Below are positions 49,730 through 59,596 of a stretch of DNA of 64,000 nt, in pieces. Made by a program: the position numbers and the translations under genes. The DNA is from Candidatus Magasanikiibacteriota bacterium. GTDB taxonomy: Bacteria; Patescibacteriota; Patescibacteriia; Magasanikbacterales; UBA922. The stretch spans positions 175,926-239,925 of the forward strand of contig JACPSK010000001.1 in assembly GCA_016193335.1 (NCBI GenBank), in the 5' to 3' direction. The notes below the pieces were generated by a model. That model saw nothing but the letters and a program-made list of their open reading frames with translations, ran no database searches and was not told the DNA's origin. Each line of letters starts with the position of its first letter. Position 1 is the first letter of the stretch.

Positions 49730-49865
49730 TCCTAAACTCATAACCCCTTTAGAAATATATATCTGCAAGTATACTCTTTTTTTTATACAGGTGATACGTT
49801 TTCTGTGGATAAGTACTAAAAAACAAAATACAATTGTTTTTCAAAAATAAATACGATACACTACA

Positions 49866-51071
49866 ATGCATACAATCATTATGGAATTACGCCAAAAACA
49901 AACTATTTTGTACATCATCACTCAGGGGCATTGGGGAGGCGCTCAAACCTATCTCTATGAGCTCGCGACAGGCTTAAACCGGAGGTACAACATACATATA
50001 GCAGTGGGAGAATCTCTGGATACTCCTGATTTACAGAAAAAAATACAAACATTCAACCAAGGAGAATCCGCACAAAATCAAATCTCCTGTATAAGCCTCA
50101 AACATCTAGTCCGTCCCGTCTCCCCTGCCCAGGATATCTTGGCCATTTTTGAAATGGCAAAATGTATCAAAACCTGCGAACCGGATATAATACATCTCAA
50201 CAGCTCAAAAGCCGGCGTTCTTGGTTCAATATCCGCCCTATTTTACCGTAATCCTTCAAAACGCGTGATATACACGGTCCACGGCTGGGTATTCAACGAA
50301 GCTCTTGGAAAAACAAAAAAATACCTATATAAAATCTTGGAAAAACTAAGCGCGGCTTTCAAGACTCACATTATTCTACTGACAAAAAAAGACTTTTCCA
50401 TTGTCCTCAATCTCCTTGGTATCTCCAAAAATAAATTGCGTCTTATACCGCTTGGCGCCTCAGTCCAAAATCATATTTTAACTAAACAAGAGGCAAAAAC
50501 ACAGATAAACGCATACCTACCTTCAAACAAAAAAATTCTCCAAGATACATTCACCATAGGTATCATAGCCAATTTATACCACAACAAAGGTATCGACATA
50601 CATCTGCGAGCCCTCGGCCTTTTGTCCAAGACAGAGATTCAAAATACCAAAACCATAATCATAGGAGACGGGCCTGAGCGCGCAAGACTTCTAAAGCTTT
50701 CCGAAGATTTGCATATCAAAGACTTTGTCCATTTCCTCGGATTCATTGACAAAGCTTCCTGTCTTCTACCGGCCTTCGATCTCTGCATCATACCTTCAAG
50801 AAAAGAAGGCTCACCATATATCTTAAAGGAAGCCATAATCCAAAACATCCCTGTGTTAAGCTCAAAAGTCGGCGACGTAGAAGAATATATCATACATAAA
50901 AAAACCGGACTCCTCGCAGAACCCGGCAATACGGATGAATGGGCCGCTCATATTGTATGGTCTCTCCACAATAGACAACAACTGTCTTCTTTCTCCGCGT
51001 CAAACCAAAAAAACATCCCGAGCGTGGATGAAATGCTAAAAAAAACCATTGAGGTGTACGGCACTGTGTAA
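49866..51071 (+). CDS. GT4 glycosyltransferase
   Basis: CIIPSRKEGSPYILKEAIIQNIPVLSSKVGDVEEYI (E-x7-E). Confidence 0.7.
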   Translation: MHTIIMELRQKQTILYIITQGHWGGAQTYLYELATGLNRRYNIHIAVGESLDTPDLQKKIQTFNQGESAQNQISCISLKHLVRPVSPAQDILAIFEMAKCIKTCEPDIIHLNSSKAGVLGSISALFYRNPSKRVIYTVHGWVFNEALGKTKKYLYKILEKLSAAFKTHIILLTKKDFSIVLNLLGISKNKLRLIPLGASVQNHILTKQEAKTQINAYLPSNKKILQDTFTIGIIANLYHNKGIDIHLRALGLLSKTEIQNTKTIIIGDGPERARLLKLSEDLHIKDFVHFLGFIDKASCLLPAFDLCIIPSRKEGSPYILKEAIIQNIPVLSSKVGDVEEYIIHKKTGLLAEPGNTDEWAAHIVWSLHNRQQLSSFSASNQKNIPSVDEMLKKTIEVYGTV

Positions 51072-51082
51072 AGTCTTCTCTC

Positions 51083-51114
51083 AAAATTCCTCCGGCTTGG
51101 ACCGGAGGAATTTT
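51083..51114. terminator. Bidirectional intrinsic terminator between convergent genes
   Basis: 13-bp perfect stem AAAATTCCTCCGG-CTTGGA-CCGGAGGAATTTT. Confidence 0.65.
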
Positions 51115-51139
51115 GACGCAAAAATCAGTGTCGAAAAAC

Positions 51140-53161
51140 CTACTTATTTATCGTCGTAGAAACGACATCTCCGAGAAGCGCCAAACTCTGTTCATCAAAA
51201 TAAATCCCGGCCGCGTAGGCGCGGTTTACCAACTCAATCGCCTTCTCAGTCTGTCCCAAATGTTTATAGACCAAAGCCAACCTCCACCAACCCTCGCCTA
51301 TATCAGGCAAAAGATTTATACTCTCTTCCAAAAGTTTTACGACTTCTTCCCCTTTTCCCAACTGAAATTTAACACCGGCCAAACTGTAATACACTTGCTG
51401 ACGCTTGGGAGACTTGCGCAAGGCATCCTCCATAATCACTTCGGCTTTTACCACATATTCTGCGTTATGCGTGATTTCTGAGAGAACCTGGGCTATATGG
51501 GTCAGCTGAAGGTGTATCCTGATGTCATAGGGATGGATGTCCATGTTTTTCATCAAATCGTCGAAAGCTCGCTTTCCCATTTTAACCGCGAGTTCCGGAT
51601 TGCCGCCCTTGGCATACTGGCCCATGGTGTCCACCACGGTTCGCGCCAAGTCCAAACGAATATCATCCACATGAGGCGTGGGAATCCGGTACGCCTGTTC
51701 TATGGCTCCAAGCGGGTCGTTCCCTGCGTAGATACCGCGAATCGCGTCAAGAGAATGCATATTTGCCCGGGCAGGGCTGATATTAGTGGCATAGATGATA
51801 AGCGCCAGCACAATGGAAACAGGAGCCACCATGGAGAGAGACAGCTTGGCAGACTTAACATTCGCTATCCGCGCCAGAGCTTGAGGCCGTATATGCCAAT
51901 TTACAAAAGCCAAAAAGAAAAAGAAATAAATATATGAAGTGGGATTTTCAAACACAAACAACTGTTGAACAAAATGAGACACCAAAAAAGCCGACCCGAG
52001 AACACTCACATGCACGCCAACTTTCTTCTCACGATATCCTTTCCACAAATACCATATGGGAACCCCGAAAAGACCGAGATAACTCAAGAATCCAAACAAA
52101 CCCTGAACCGCAAGCGTGTTTAGAGCCGCGTTGTGCGCGTTGTCAAACCAGGTTTCTCCATAACCGGAACGCAAAAACTCGGGTCTGTAATATTTATTAA
52201 ACGCGTAATAATAATTGTTGGGTCCCCAACCGAATATGGGCTTTTCTTGCCAAGCCTCCACGGCTATATTCCAAGCCATCAAACGCGTGGCCCCCGTACC
52301 GCTGGTAAAAGATGAATTAACCAGTTTGCCCACAATGGGTGTTTTCATCACAAAAGGACTTTGTCTAAAAGTAAAAGCCAATACAAGGCACAAGAGACCG
52401 CCCACTATTACTATTCTCAAAATCTGGCGAACGCGCTTATGGCCCGAAAGAGTAATCGAATAACCAAGCAACAAAACCCCAAGCCCGGCCAAAAAACCCA
52501 AAAAAACGCCCCTGGTACCGCTAATAAATATACCCACCAAGCCAAGAAAGCTCACTATTCCAAAATAGCCTTTCCACAAAAATGTTTTCTCTTCAACAGC
52601 AAGAAAAAAACCCACAAAAGACAAAAACATCCCATAAGCTCCCAGATAGATGGCATTCCCCAAAGTGGCAGACACACGATCACTGCCTCTATTCAAAAGA
52701 AATTCAGGACTAAAAATTTGGATAATCCCCAAAACCATGATTAAAGCCCCTGTTGATAAAAGAATAAACAGCAAACGCCTCCATTGCTCCCGGGTTTTGA
52801 TGCAAGATGCCAAGACCACGTAATACATGCCATAATGGATAAGCGTAAAAAAACCAAGCATCCGTTCATGGTTGTCCCAAAAACTCTTGTACCAATCCAC
52901 GCCCAAAAAAGTGGACACCGCGAAACTCAAGAAATAAAGCAGAATCATGAGAGTAAGCGGCGTAGCTCGTACTTTATACGCCTCCCTGTCCATTTTAAAA
53001 AGCAAAATAAAAGTGCCGAGCATCAAAAGCGCAATGGTCCTGAAAAGAATAATTTTGGGTACGATAAAAGGAAAAATAAAAGCGCTGGGCACCACCACAA
53101 AAGGAACCAAAAACGTCAAGACAACAAGAGAAAAAAGTACTTGTTCAAGTCTCTTTTGCAT
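51140..53161 (-). CDS. O-antigen ligase/polymerase-like (Wzy_C) polytopic membrane protein with C-terminal TPR domain
   Basis: About 12 TM helices, including a loop segment IFISGTRGVFLGFLAGLG typical of the Wzy_C region. The C-terminal 250 aa are TPR-like (ALVYKHLGQTEKAIELVNRAYAAG). Confidence 0.55.
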   Translation of the reverse strand: MQKRLEQVLFSLVVLTFLVPFVVVPSAFIFPFIVPKIILFRTIALLMLGTFILLFKMDREAYKVRATPLTLMILLYFLSFAVSTFLGVDWYKSFWDNHERMLGFFTLIHYGMYYVVLASCIKTREQWRRLLFILLSTGALIMVLGIIQIFSPEFLLNRGSDRVSATLGNAIYLGAYGMFLSFVGFFLAVEEKTFLWKGYFGIVSFLGLVGIFISGTRGVFLGFLAGLGVLLLGYSITLSGHKRVRQILRIVIVGGLLCLVLAFTFRQSPFVMKTPIVGKLVNSSFTSGTGATRLMAWNIAVEAWQEKPIFGWGPNNYYYAFNKYYRPEFLRSGYGETWFDNAHNAALNTLAVQGLFGFLSYLGLFGVPIWYLWKGYREKKVGVHVSVLGSAFLVSHFVQQLFVFENPTSYIYFFFFLAFVNWHIRPQALARIANVKSAKLSLSMVAPVSIVLALIIYATNISPARANMHSLDAIRGIYAGNDPLGAIEQAYRIPTPHVDDIRLDLARTVVDTMGQYAKGGNPELAVKMGKRAFDDLMKNMDIHPYDIRIHLQLTHIAQVLSEITHNAEYVVKAEVIMEDALRKSPKRQQVYYSLAGVKFQLGKGEEVVKLLEESINLLPDIGEGWWRLALVYKHLGQTEKAIELVNRAYAAGIYFDEQSLALLGDVVSTTINK

Positions 53162-53176
53162 AAAATGCGTATGTGT

Positions 53177-53884
53177 TTATTTTAAAGCCGAACCCCAGGT
53201 CTCTTGATATAATTTCTCATCAGGATAAGCTTCAAGCAGTATCCGTACTGCCTCTTTGTATGATGTTTCATTGTTAGTATCCTGGTAGAAATTGATCAAA
53301 GCAATCAAAAGATCGGGATGTTTTGGGATTCGCTTCAATCCATTCGACAAAACCTCCTCCGCTTCGTTCGGATTATTGAGCTGTTTCTGGAGCATCCGCG
53401 CAAATGTTATATAGATGCCCACGTCCCCGGGCGATTCATCCAAAGCTCTCGGATAAAAGAGGGCCGCTTGTTCATAATCATTGAGCTCGATTCTATAGGT
53501 TTCGGCGATATTTCTTTGTCCCAATATATTGGGATGCACTTCATGCGACTTCTTGAAGCTCAAAATAGCCCGATGATAATCACCAAACATAGAGTACATA
53601 TTGCCAATTGCTATCCAGGTCTGCCAATCGCCCGGGCCGTCTTCTTCAAAAGCTTTTTTCGTCAAAGTTAGGGTTTCTTCCATGCGCGCTCGCGTCGCCT
53701 CATCCAAATTTTCTGGAATTACAACATGCCGAAATGGGTCTTCCACTGAAAAACTAATCTGAGTATCTTGATTCTGTCCGTCTTTTTTATCATCAGACCC
53801 TGTTCTGTACACAAACCAATACCAAGAGCTGAGAATTACCCCAATCAAAACGGCTCCTAACAATACATATGTTCTTTTTTTCAT
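53177..53884 (-). CDS. Membrane-anchored TPR-repeat protein
   Basis: An N-terminal TM helix, then TPR-like repeats (WIAIGNMYSMFGDYHRAILSFKKSHEVHP...). Confidence 0.6.
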   Translation of the reverse strand: MKKRTYVLLGAVLIGVILSSWYWFVYRTGSDDKKDGQNQDTQISFSVEDPFRHVVIPENLDEATRARMEETLTLTKKAFEEDGPGDWQTWIAIGNMYSMFGDYHRAILSFKKSHEVHPNILGQRNIAETYRIELNDYEQAALFYPRALDESPGDVGIYITFARMLQKQLNNPNEAEEVLSNGLKRIPKHPDLLIALINFYQDTNNETSYKEAVRILLEAYPDEKLYQETWGSALK

Positions 53885-54111
53885 ATTTTGATTTACATCC
53901 GCATCTCCGCAAAATCTCTATGACATGAGGCCTTCTTTCAAAAAAACCGCCGCAGGCTGAGAAAATTTCGGCTCATTCCGGATTAAATGGCAGCCAAACA
54001 TTTCACATCGTCCCGATCACGCGGGAACTAAAAATTATAAATTGTTGAGATTGTTAAGAAAGTATAACACAGATAACAAAAGCCCGGCAAGGCTTGAAAG
54101 TAGACTTAACG

Positions 54112-54135
54112 AAAAACCCCCGTAAGGGGGTTTTT
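54112..54135. terminator. Intrinsic terminator for the giant surface-protein gene
   Basis: AAAAA-CCCCC-GTAA-GGGGG-TTTTT, a perfect GC stem with a tetraloop and a flanking T-run, 29 bp downstream of the stop at 54164. Confidence 0.8.
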
Positions 54136-54163
54136 CTAGACTAGGCGTTCAGTAAGAGAAATC

Positions 54164-57100
54164 TTACTTCGCTACAACGGTAGGCGTGGTAGAGACGGAG
54201 TTCAATCCGCTTACCAAGAAACCGTTTACCCAGTCGTTCGTGGTGGTCGCGTGAGCGCCAGCACTGCGATCAGACCAGATGAAGTCATCATGGACATCGC
54301 TGTCGACTGTGTTGGCTGCTGACATGAGGTTAGCGTTCTCAACCCATGTGGCCGCGTCACCGCCGAGCCGTGTGCTAATGCTTGCTCCGGAAGCCACGCC
54401 AGTAACTGTGCCGCGGACCAAGTAGAGTCTTGGCTTGGAAACAGAAACTGTGCGTTCTTCTCCTCCATCGCCTGTGCCTGAACTGTCAGTATCAAACAAG
54501 GCCTGGAAGTAGCCGTTCACAAAAGCAGTAGTAGCTGAATTGTACAGTTGTACTTCCGTGCTTTCGGTAACATCGAGCACTTCAACGTTCGTGACTGTAG
54601 CCGTTGTCGTACTCATATCGAACACGAATTTGTACAATCCGATATCTCCCTTGTTGGCTGTGACCTTGAACTTGAACAGATCATTAGCGCCGTTTGCCAA
54701 GGTTCCGCCCACCGACAGAACTTCTACAGTCGGAGCAGCCTTGTACATGTAGTGCGTATTTCCTGTCGGAACATTGGAAGTGCTGAGGTACTCAATACTT
54801 CCAGTTCCGGTGAGGTTGCCTTTTGCCACCACATCTCCCGCGGCGTTGATCTTCAATCCAAGACGATGGCCACCTACTGTTACGGACTCTTGCGGACCAA
54901 TGCTGGCGAGGTTTGCCTTGAGATAAAGTTTCTTGCCATCAGAATCATCGGTCTTTACCACAAAGGATCCATCATTAAAGTCTATAACAGGGGTGGTGCT
55001 GGTCGGTACTACAGAACCTACCTTCACACCGTCTTCATCTTCAGCGTACAGAAGAGCATAATCCTTAAATGAAGAGCTGCTTGTGTCAGTCACGTTCATG
55101 GTGAACATGAGAGTGTCGAGCTCTACATTTTCTGTGGTGGTTGCGTAGAAGTTGAAGGTTCCCAAGGTCACACCGCTCGTTCCCGCGGTCATAAGAGCCG
55201 CTGTCGGGTTGGATGGGTCAAGTGAAACCTGTACGGTTCCGCCTGCCGCGCCTACGGTAATGGCTTGTCCATTTGCCGTGTCCTTAGTCTCGGTAACTGT
55301 GTTACCGGTCTTCACGCCCACAGATACCACGTCATCATTGCTGTTGTCATTGTCTACAGCAAATGTATGAGAGGAGGTGGATCCGGTCACTGCCCCACCG
55401 GCAATGTTTCCAACAACGCGTACTACCACCTTCTTGCCGGCCTTGACAACAAATTGGTCAGTGCCGCTCAAGTTGAAGGTAAAGGTTTGGTTGTTGCCTG
55501 CCGTGGAATCAGAACCGCTCTTTGTTTCGTTCAAAGCTTCTTCAGTACCGGCGCCATCATAGCTGTCGCCATCTTTATCCACCATCAATCTGATGTTCTG
55601 GACATCAATGGTTTTAGCAGCGGCATCGGTAGTATCCGTCATCTTGACCTGAGTAACTCTTATGTCCTCAGAAGAATTGCTGCCGTCAAACAAAAGTTGA
55701 GCGAACTCAACATTGTTGGTACCGGCTGCGAGTGTCTTGGCCGAAGGTACGGACAAGGTGGTCACGCGCAAAGAGCCTGCTTTGATAGTCTGAACGTTTG
55801 CGCTCACTGCGGCTTGCGGGTTTGCGTAAGTGCCAAGCGTAATCGTTTCAGAACTGTTTTCACCGGTAGCTTCGAAATTGGACGTATTGGCCATATCGAT
55901 AGCTACGGTTACTGTGTCATTTACTGCCGGCGTGCTGTCAAGAGTAGCCTTCAAAGTAAGGATATTGTCACCGACCGGTAAAGTAAATGAATCAGTTGAT
56001 GTCGCATAACCGGGGCTGGTGGATCCTACGCCGTCTTGTCCTCCGGTAAGAGAATCACCTTTTGCGCTGTACAAAACGAGCTGATCAAATCCGGTCGGAA
56101 GTACAGAGCCAGTGGTGGTCAATCTGAACACTACGGTTTTTACGGTTATAGGTTCTCCCTGAACTTTGAAGTTCCATGAACCCAATGCTACGCCGGTTGA
56201 ATCTTCCGGGATATTGCCGGCAATAACATCATTGGTCTTGGAAACGGTCAAGTTGCCCTGAGCGACAGTTACCGTGTTGCTCATCGCGCTCGCGTTATTG
56301 GTGGGAGTGGCATAGTAGCTATGCTTCAAATCCTTGGCCAATACATCGCTGGCTTGTTTTACATCCAAGTTCATGGTTCTCGCTGAGCCGCTCACAATGT
56401 CACCATATACTTCATAGGTCTTGTTCTTGCCTTTACCGATCTTACAGTCTTCGGTACAAGCATCAAGCTTGAAGGTAACATATTTGCCGCTCATTACACC
56501 GGTAGCAACTTTGTTGTCGTTGTAGCGGAGTTCAAGATCCGCGAAATCAGTGGTCGCGGCGCTTCCATCGTTGTAGAGAACGATTTTCTCAACCTGGAAA
56601 TCATTGGTCGCAACCGTGATCTTTACGTTGGCAAGGTTTATATCCTTGTCACCAACTTGCTCGGTGATGGTGCCTACCACAGCGCCTTCTGCCAAGGTTA
56701 CGGTGCCAAGAGTCACACCGGTGTTGGTTTGCACAGCATTTCCTTCCACAGGAAGAGTGCTGGCTACTTTGGCATCTGTCTCAACAGAATACAAAGCCAA
56801 GCGTGGTAAGTCTCCGCCGATAACGCCGGAACTCGCCATGTCAGCAACCAAAGTGTAGGTCTTGGTTTCGCCGCTCTTTACCATTACGTCTTCTGTAAAG
56901 GTGGCTAGGCTATCTGCATTCAATGTTTTACCAAGTGAATTCAACAGATTTCCATCCGGATCTACCACGTTTACTTTGCTCAAGTCTGCGTCTCGAGCCG
57001 GTGTACCGGTTCTCTTAACCACAAATGACTTGATAGTTACATCACCACCAGTCGCGCTAAGGTTGAGTTTGGTAAACTCAACGCGAGCCGCGCTTTGCAC

Positions 57101-57937
57101 TGCATAGGTGCCTGATGGCGTGCCAGCAGCCAAAGCCACACTCAAAGTCCCTTGGCTGGTCGTTGTGGTGTCAGTGGTTGTGGTGTCAGTGGTTGTGGTG
57201 TCAGTGCTGCTTGAACCAGTTCCCATCTGAGAAGGATCGGCACTAAGACTGCTTGGAGTTGCCGTGCCGCTTGCCACTTCCAAAGAATCAAATACTTCTT
57301 GGGAAACAGTGCGCACGTCACCCTTTGAGGTCATACCAAGAGTGCCGCTTACTTCTTTCAGTTCACCATTCCATACGTAGAAAACGCTGTCATCTCCGGA
57401 AGTCTTCACCAACATACCATTATGTGGTTTTGCTTCGGTTACAGCAGGGCCGTCTTTGTAGTTGGCGTCAAATACATCCGCAAGGTCTCTCACAAGAGAA
57501 GCCCACTTGTCGCCATACAGCGCTTTGGCCACAGCTTCGCTGGCCAATTTGTGCTTCATGTTGCTTGGACCCACGGCGTATACGTCTGGTGAAACTACGG
57601 TCTTGTACAATCGTGAACCAGGGCGGAAGTTTACACCACCACCACTTGGATAATTGCTTACGCATGTGTTTGGAATTTCTACCACACCGGAGAAATCTTC
57701 AAACCATGTTTTGTATACTTCTGAGTTCGGGAAATACATGCGCTCCATGTCAGCGTTGACATAGTATACCGCGCTGTTGTTCGGAACTTTGAACAAGTCC
57801 CCGGCTTCTAGCTCAGGACATGCTTCGGCCGCGTTGACCACGGCTGGAAGAAAAGCACCGAACGACATGCTGAAAACGGTCATACCAGAAACTACGCTGG
57901 TAAAGAGCTTTTTCCCGAATTTCTTCAAATCGCTCAT
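54164..57937 (-). CDS. Giant secreted cell-surface protein (S-layer or adhesin candidate) with Thr-rich linker
   Basis: Signal peptide MSDLKKFGKKLFTSVVSGMTVFSMSFGAFLPAVVNA. An N-terminal domain of about 200 aa, then a TDTTTTDTTTTDTTTTS linker, then about 1000 aa of beta-rich Thr/Ser/Gly/Val sequence. A strong terminator lies downstream. Confidence 0.7.
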   Translation of the reverse strand: MSDLKKFGKKLFTSVVSGMTVFSMSFGAFLPAVVNAAEACPELEAGDLFKVPNNSAVYYVNADMERMYFPNSEVYKTWFEDFSGVVEIPNTCVSNYPSGGGVNFRPGSRLYKTVVSPDVYAVGPSNMKHKLASEAVAKALYGDKWASLVRDLADVFDANYKDGPAVTEAKPHNGMLVKTSGDDSVFYVWNGELKEVSGTLGMTSKGDVRTVSQEVFDSLEVASGTATPSSLSADPSQMGTGSSSTDTTTTDTTTTDTTTTSQGTLSVALAAGTPSGTYAVQSAARVEFTKLNLSATGGDVTIKSFVVKRTGTPARDADLSKVNVVDPDGNLLNSLGKTLNADSLATFTEDVMVKSGETKTYTLVADMASSGVIGGDLPRLALYSVETDAKVASTLPVEGNAVQTNTGVTLGTVTLAEGAVVGTITEQVGDKDINLANVKITVATNDFQVEKIVLYNDGSAATTDFADLELRYNDNKVATGVMSGKYVTFKLDACTEDCKIGKGKNKTYEVYGDIVSGSARTMNLDVKQASDVLAKDLKHSYYATPTNNASAMSNTVTVAQGNLTVSKTNDVIAGNIPEDSTGVALGSWNFKVQGEPITVKTVVFRLTTTGSVLPTGFDQLVLYSAKGDSLTGGQDGVGSTSPGYATSTDSFTLPVGDNILTLKATLDSTPAVNDTVTVAIDMANTSNFEATGENSSETITLGTYANPQAAVSANVQTIKAGSLRVTTLSVPSAKTLAAGTNNVEFAQLLFDGSNSSEDIRVTQVKMTDTTDAAAKTIDVQNIRLMVDKDGDSYDGAGTEEALNETKSGSDSTAGNNQTFTFNLSGTDQFVVKAGKKVVVRVVGNIAGGAVTGSTSSHTFAVDNDNSNDDVVSVGVKTGNTVTETKDTANGQAITVGAAGGTVQVSLDPSNPTAALMTAGTSGVTLGTFNFYATTTENVELDTLMFTMNVTDTSSSSFKDYALLYAEDEDGVKVGSVVPTSTTPVIDFNDGSFVVKTDDSDGKKLYLKANLASIGPQESVTVGGHRLGLKINAAGDVVAKGNLTGTGSIEYLSTSNVPTGNTHYMYKAAPTVEVLSVGGTLANGANDLFKFKVTANKGDIGLYKFVFDMSTTTATVTNVEVLDVTESTEVQLYNSATTAFVNGYFQALFDTDSSGTGDGGEERTVSVSKPRLYLVRGTVTGVASGASISTRLGGDAATWVENANLMSAANTVDSDVHDDFIWSDRSAGAHATTTNDWVNGFLVSGLNSVSTTPTVVAK

Positions 57938-58067
57938 AATTAGTAATCCTCTACTCATCTTCAAGCGTCCCAATGTTTATTTTTTCACCGGGATCAAAAA
58001 GATAAGTACTTGACTTAAAGTCATCCAACGGTCCATAGACCCCGACCTTTCAGTCGAATGACACTTC

Positions 58068-58104
58068 CTTGCGCGAACGCAAGTCCTTCGGCTTTGGCCG
58101 AAGG
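58068..58104 (-). promoter_or_regulatory. Tandem GC-rich tetraloop hairpins in the leader region of the giant surface-protein gene
   Basis: CTTGCG-CGAA-CGCAAG and CCTTCGGC-TTTG-GCCGAAGG on the plus strand. On the minus-strand transcript these give UUCG and CAAA loops. No U-run follows. Confidence 0.35.
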
Positions 58105-58239
58105 GCCGCAATATACTGTATGGCATAGAGATCCCTCAATATTAAGGTGAAGGAGCCCAAGCCGCACAGTAGTATACCGCGACTGCATACTTTATAATAC
58201 TTGTAAAAGAACCCTTCTCTAGTTTTCTATCCTTAATTT

Positions 58240-59580
58240 TTAATTCGAGTTTGTTCCCGTGGCTGATTTTGGAGCTACCTGTAATGCCGGATCTGTCTTT
58301 TGCGTGCCTGCTCCCAAGCCTCCCGCAGGAGGGGACACTGCCACAGCCTGAGCTTCAATCAAAATATGTTCAGCTACGTTTGTAATTTCACCGAGACCCT
58401 TTATGGTGTCAAAAGCCTCTTGCAATTTACCTTCTTCTATCAAAATCCTTACTTTTTGGGCTGAATTATCTACTTCTTTTGTTTTTTCTTTAAGTTGTTC
58501 TTTTGCCTGGCTAACCGAAGGCGTCTCTAGCACCTGGGCAGCCTGGGCCATCACATTGGCACTGGAAGAAACGATTCTCGGCGTGTCAGCGCTCCAAGAA
58601 GCTGTGGAACTGCTAAGCTGTACGGAAACAGTGGAAGAAGACAAAGACAGAGTACTGCTGACTGCGCCATTCATCAAAATAGCTGAACCGGAAACCGTTT
58701 GATTCGAAGCGTTTGAGTCGGCTCCTTTCTTTACTTTTTCATTATCTTGTAAAATATTGTCTAATGCTCCGTTCACCAAACTTTTTACTTCGTCTTTCAA
58801 ACCACCATTTTCAGCGATCCCGCTTCTCACGATTGTTTCAATCGAATCCAAGGCCTTACCATCCACACTTTGGGCCACTTCAGAGACTTGCCTTACCACT
58901 TCCGTATTTTGGGTCGTCTGAGAGTTGGCGCTAATGTCTTTCAATTCTTTGGTGATCACTTCTGTTTCTTTTTGAGTGTCTTTCGCAAGAGCCAGAGCTT
59001 TGCCAGGGTCTTCATTTATTTTTTGTTTAACCTCTTCATTGCTTATGGTCACTGCGGTTGATATAGACTCCTGAAGATGCTTGTTCGCGGCATCCACCCG
59101 ACGCGAAGTATCTTTACGATCCTCTTCAACCAATTGTTTGATCTCTTCCACCCTTCTCTCTGCAAATTCAAAATTTCTTTTAATTTTAATCTCTTGTTTT
59201 GATTCTTTTGGCGCTCCAACAGCTGCAAAAGCTATCTGAGTTTTCTCATGAGCCACTTTAACACTCCAGCACATATCTCCGGGTATACAATTGAAAGTGG
59301 CGCTTACACTGGCAGACCAGCCGGCGAGGGCCATGAGCATGATAAGAAAAGTAGTGAGCACCGGACGACCAAACGACACCAAGCCCTGCGGTACAAACGT
59401 ATGAATAAATATATCGAAAGACCAACTTTTTTCTCCAAACGAGACAGGCCATTGCTTCACTGCCTGAGCACGTATCTGGTCCATCATTATCTCTTTATTT
59501 TTTGAAACCCAAGAAGGATCTGGGTTAAGCAGATCTTTCATCGTATCAAAATGCTTCAATTGTCTTCGAAAATTCTTCAT
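58240..59580 (-). CDS. Candidate anti-sigma factor: a single-pass membrane protein with a long coiled-coil and Ser/Thr-rich ectodomain
   Basis: It starts 17 nt after the sigma-factor stop. A cytoplasmic N-domain of about 85 aa, one TM helix (VLTTFLIMLMALAGWSASV) and a charged, repetitive extracytoplasmic domain. Confidence 0.5.
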   Translation of the reverse strand: MKNFRRQLKHFDTMKDLLNPDPSWVSKNKEIMMDQIRAQAVKQWPVSFGEKSWSFDIFIHTFVPQGLVSFGRPVLTTFLIMLMALAGWSASVSATFNCIPGDMCWSVKVAHEKTQIAFAAVGAPKESKQEIKIKRNFEFAERRVEEIKQLVEEDRKDTSRRVDAANKHLQESISTAVTISNEEVKQKINEDPGKALALAKDTQKETEVITKELKDISANSQTTQNTEVVRQVSEVAQSVDGKALDSIETIVRSGIAENGGLKDEVKSLVNGALDNILQDNEKVKKGADSNASNQTVSGSAILMNGAVSSTLSLSSSTVSVQLSSSTASWSADTPRIVSSSANVMAQAAQVLETPSVSQAKEQLKEKTKEVDNSAQKVRILIEEGKLQEAFDTIKGLGEITNVAEHILIEAQAVAVSPPAGGLGAGTQKTDPALQVAPKSATGTNSN

Positions 59581-59596
59581 ACACGCATTGTCCAAG

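Noticed and set aside
58068-58104. The tandem hairpins as an intrinsic terminator for the anti-sigma gene.
   Set aside because: No U-run follows the hairpins on the minus-strand transcript. They are treated as a leader or regulatory structure instead.
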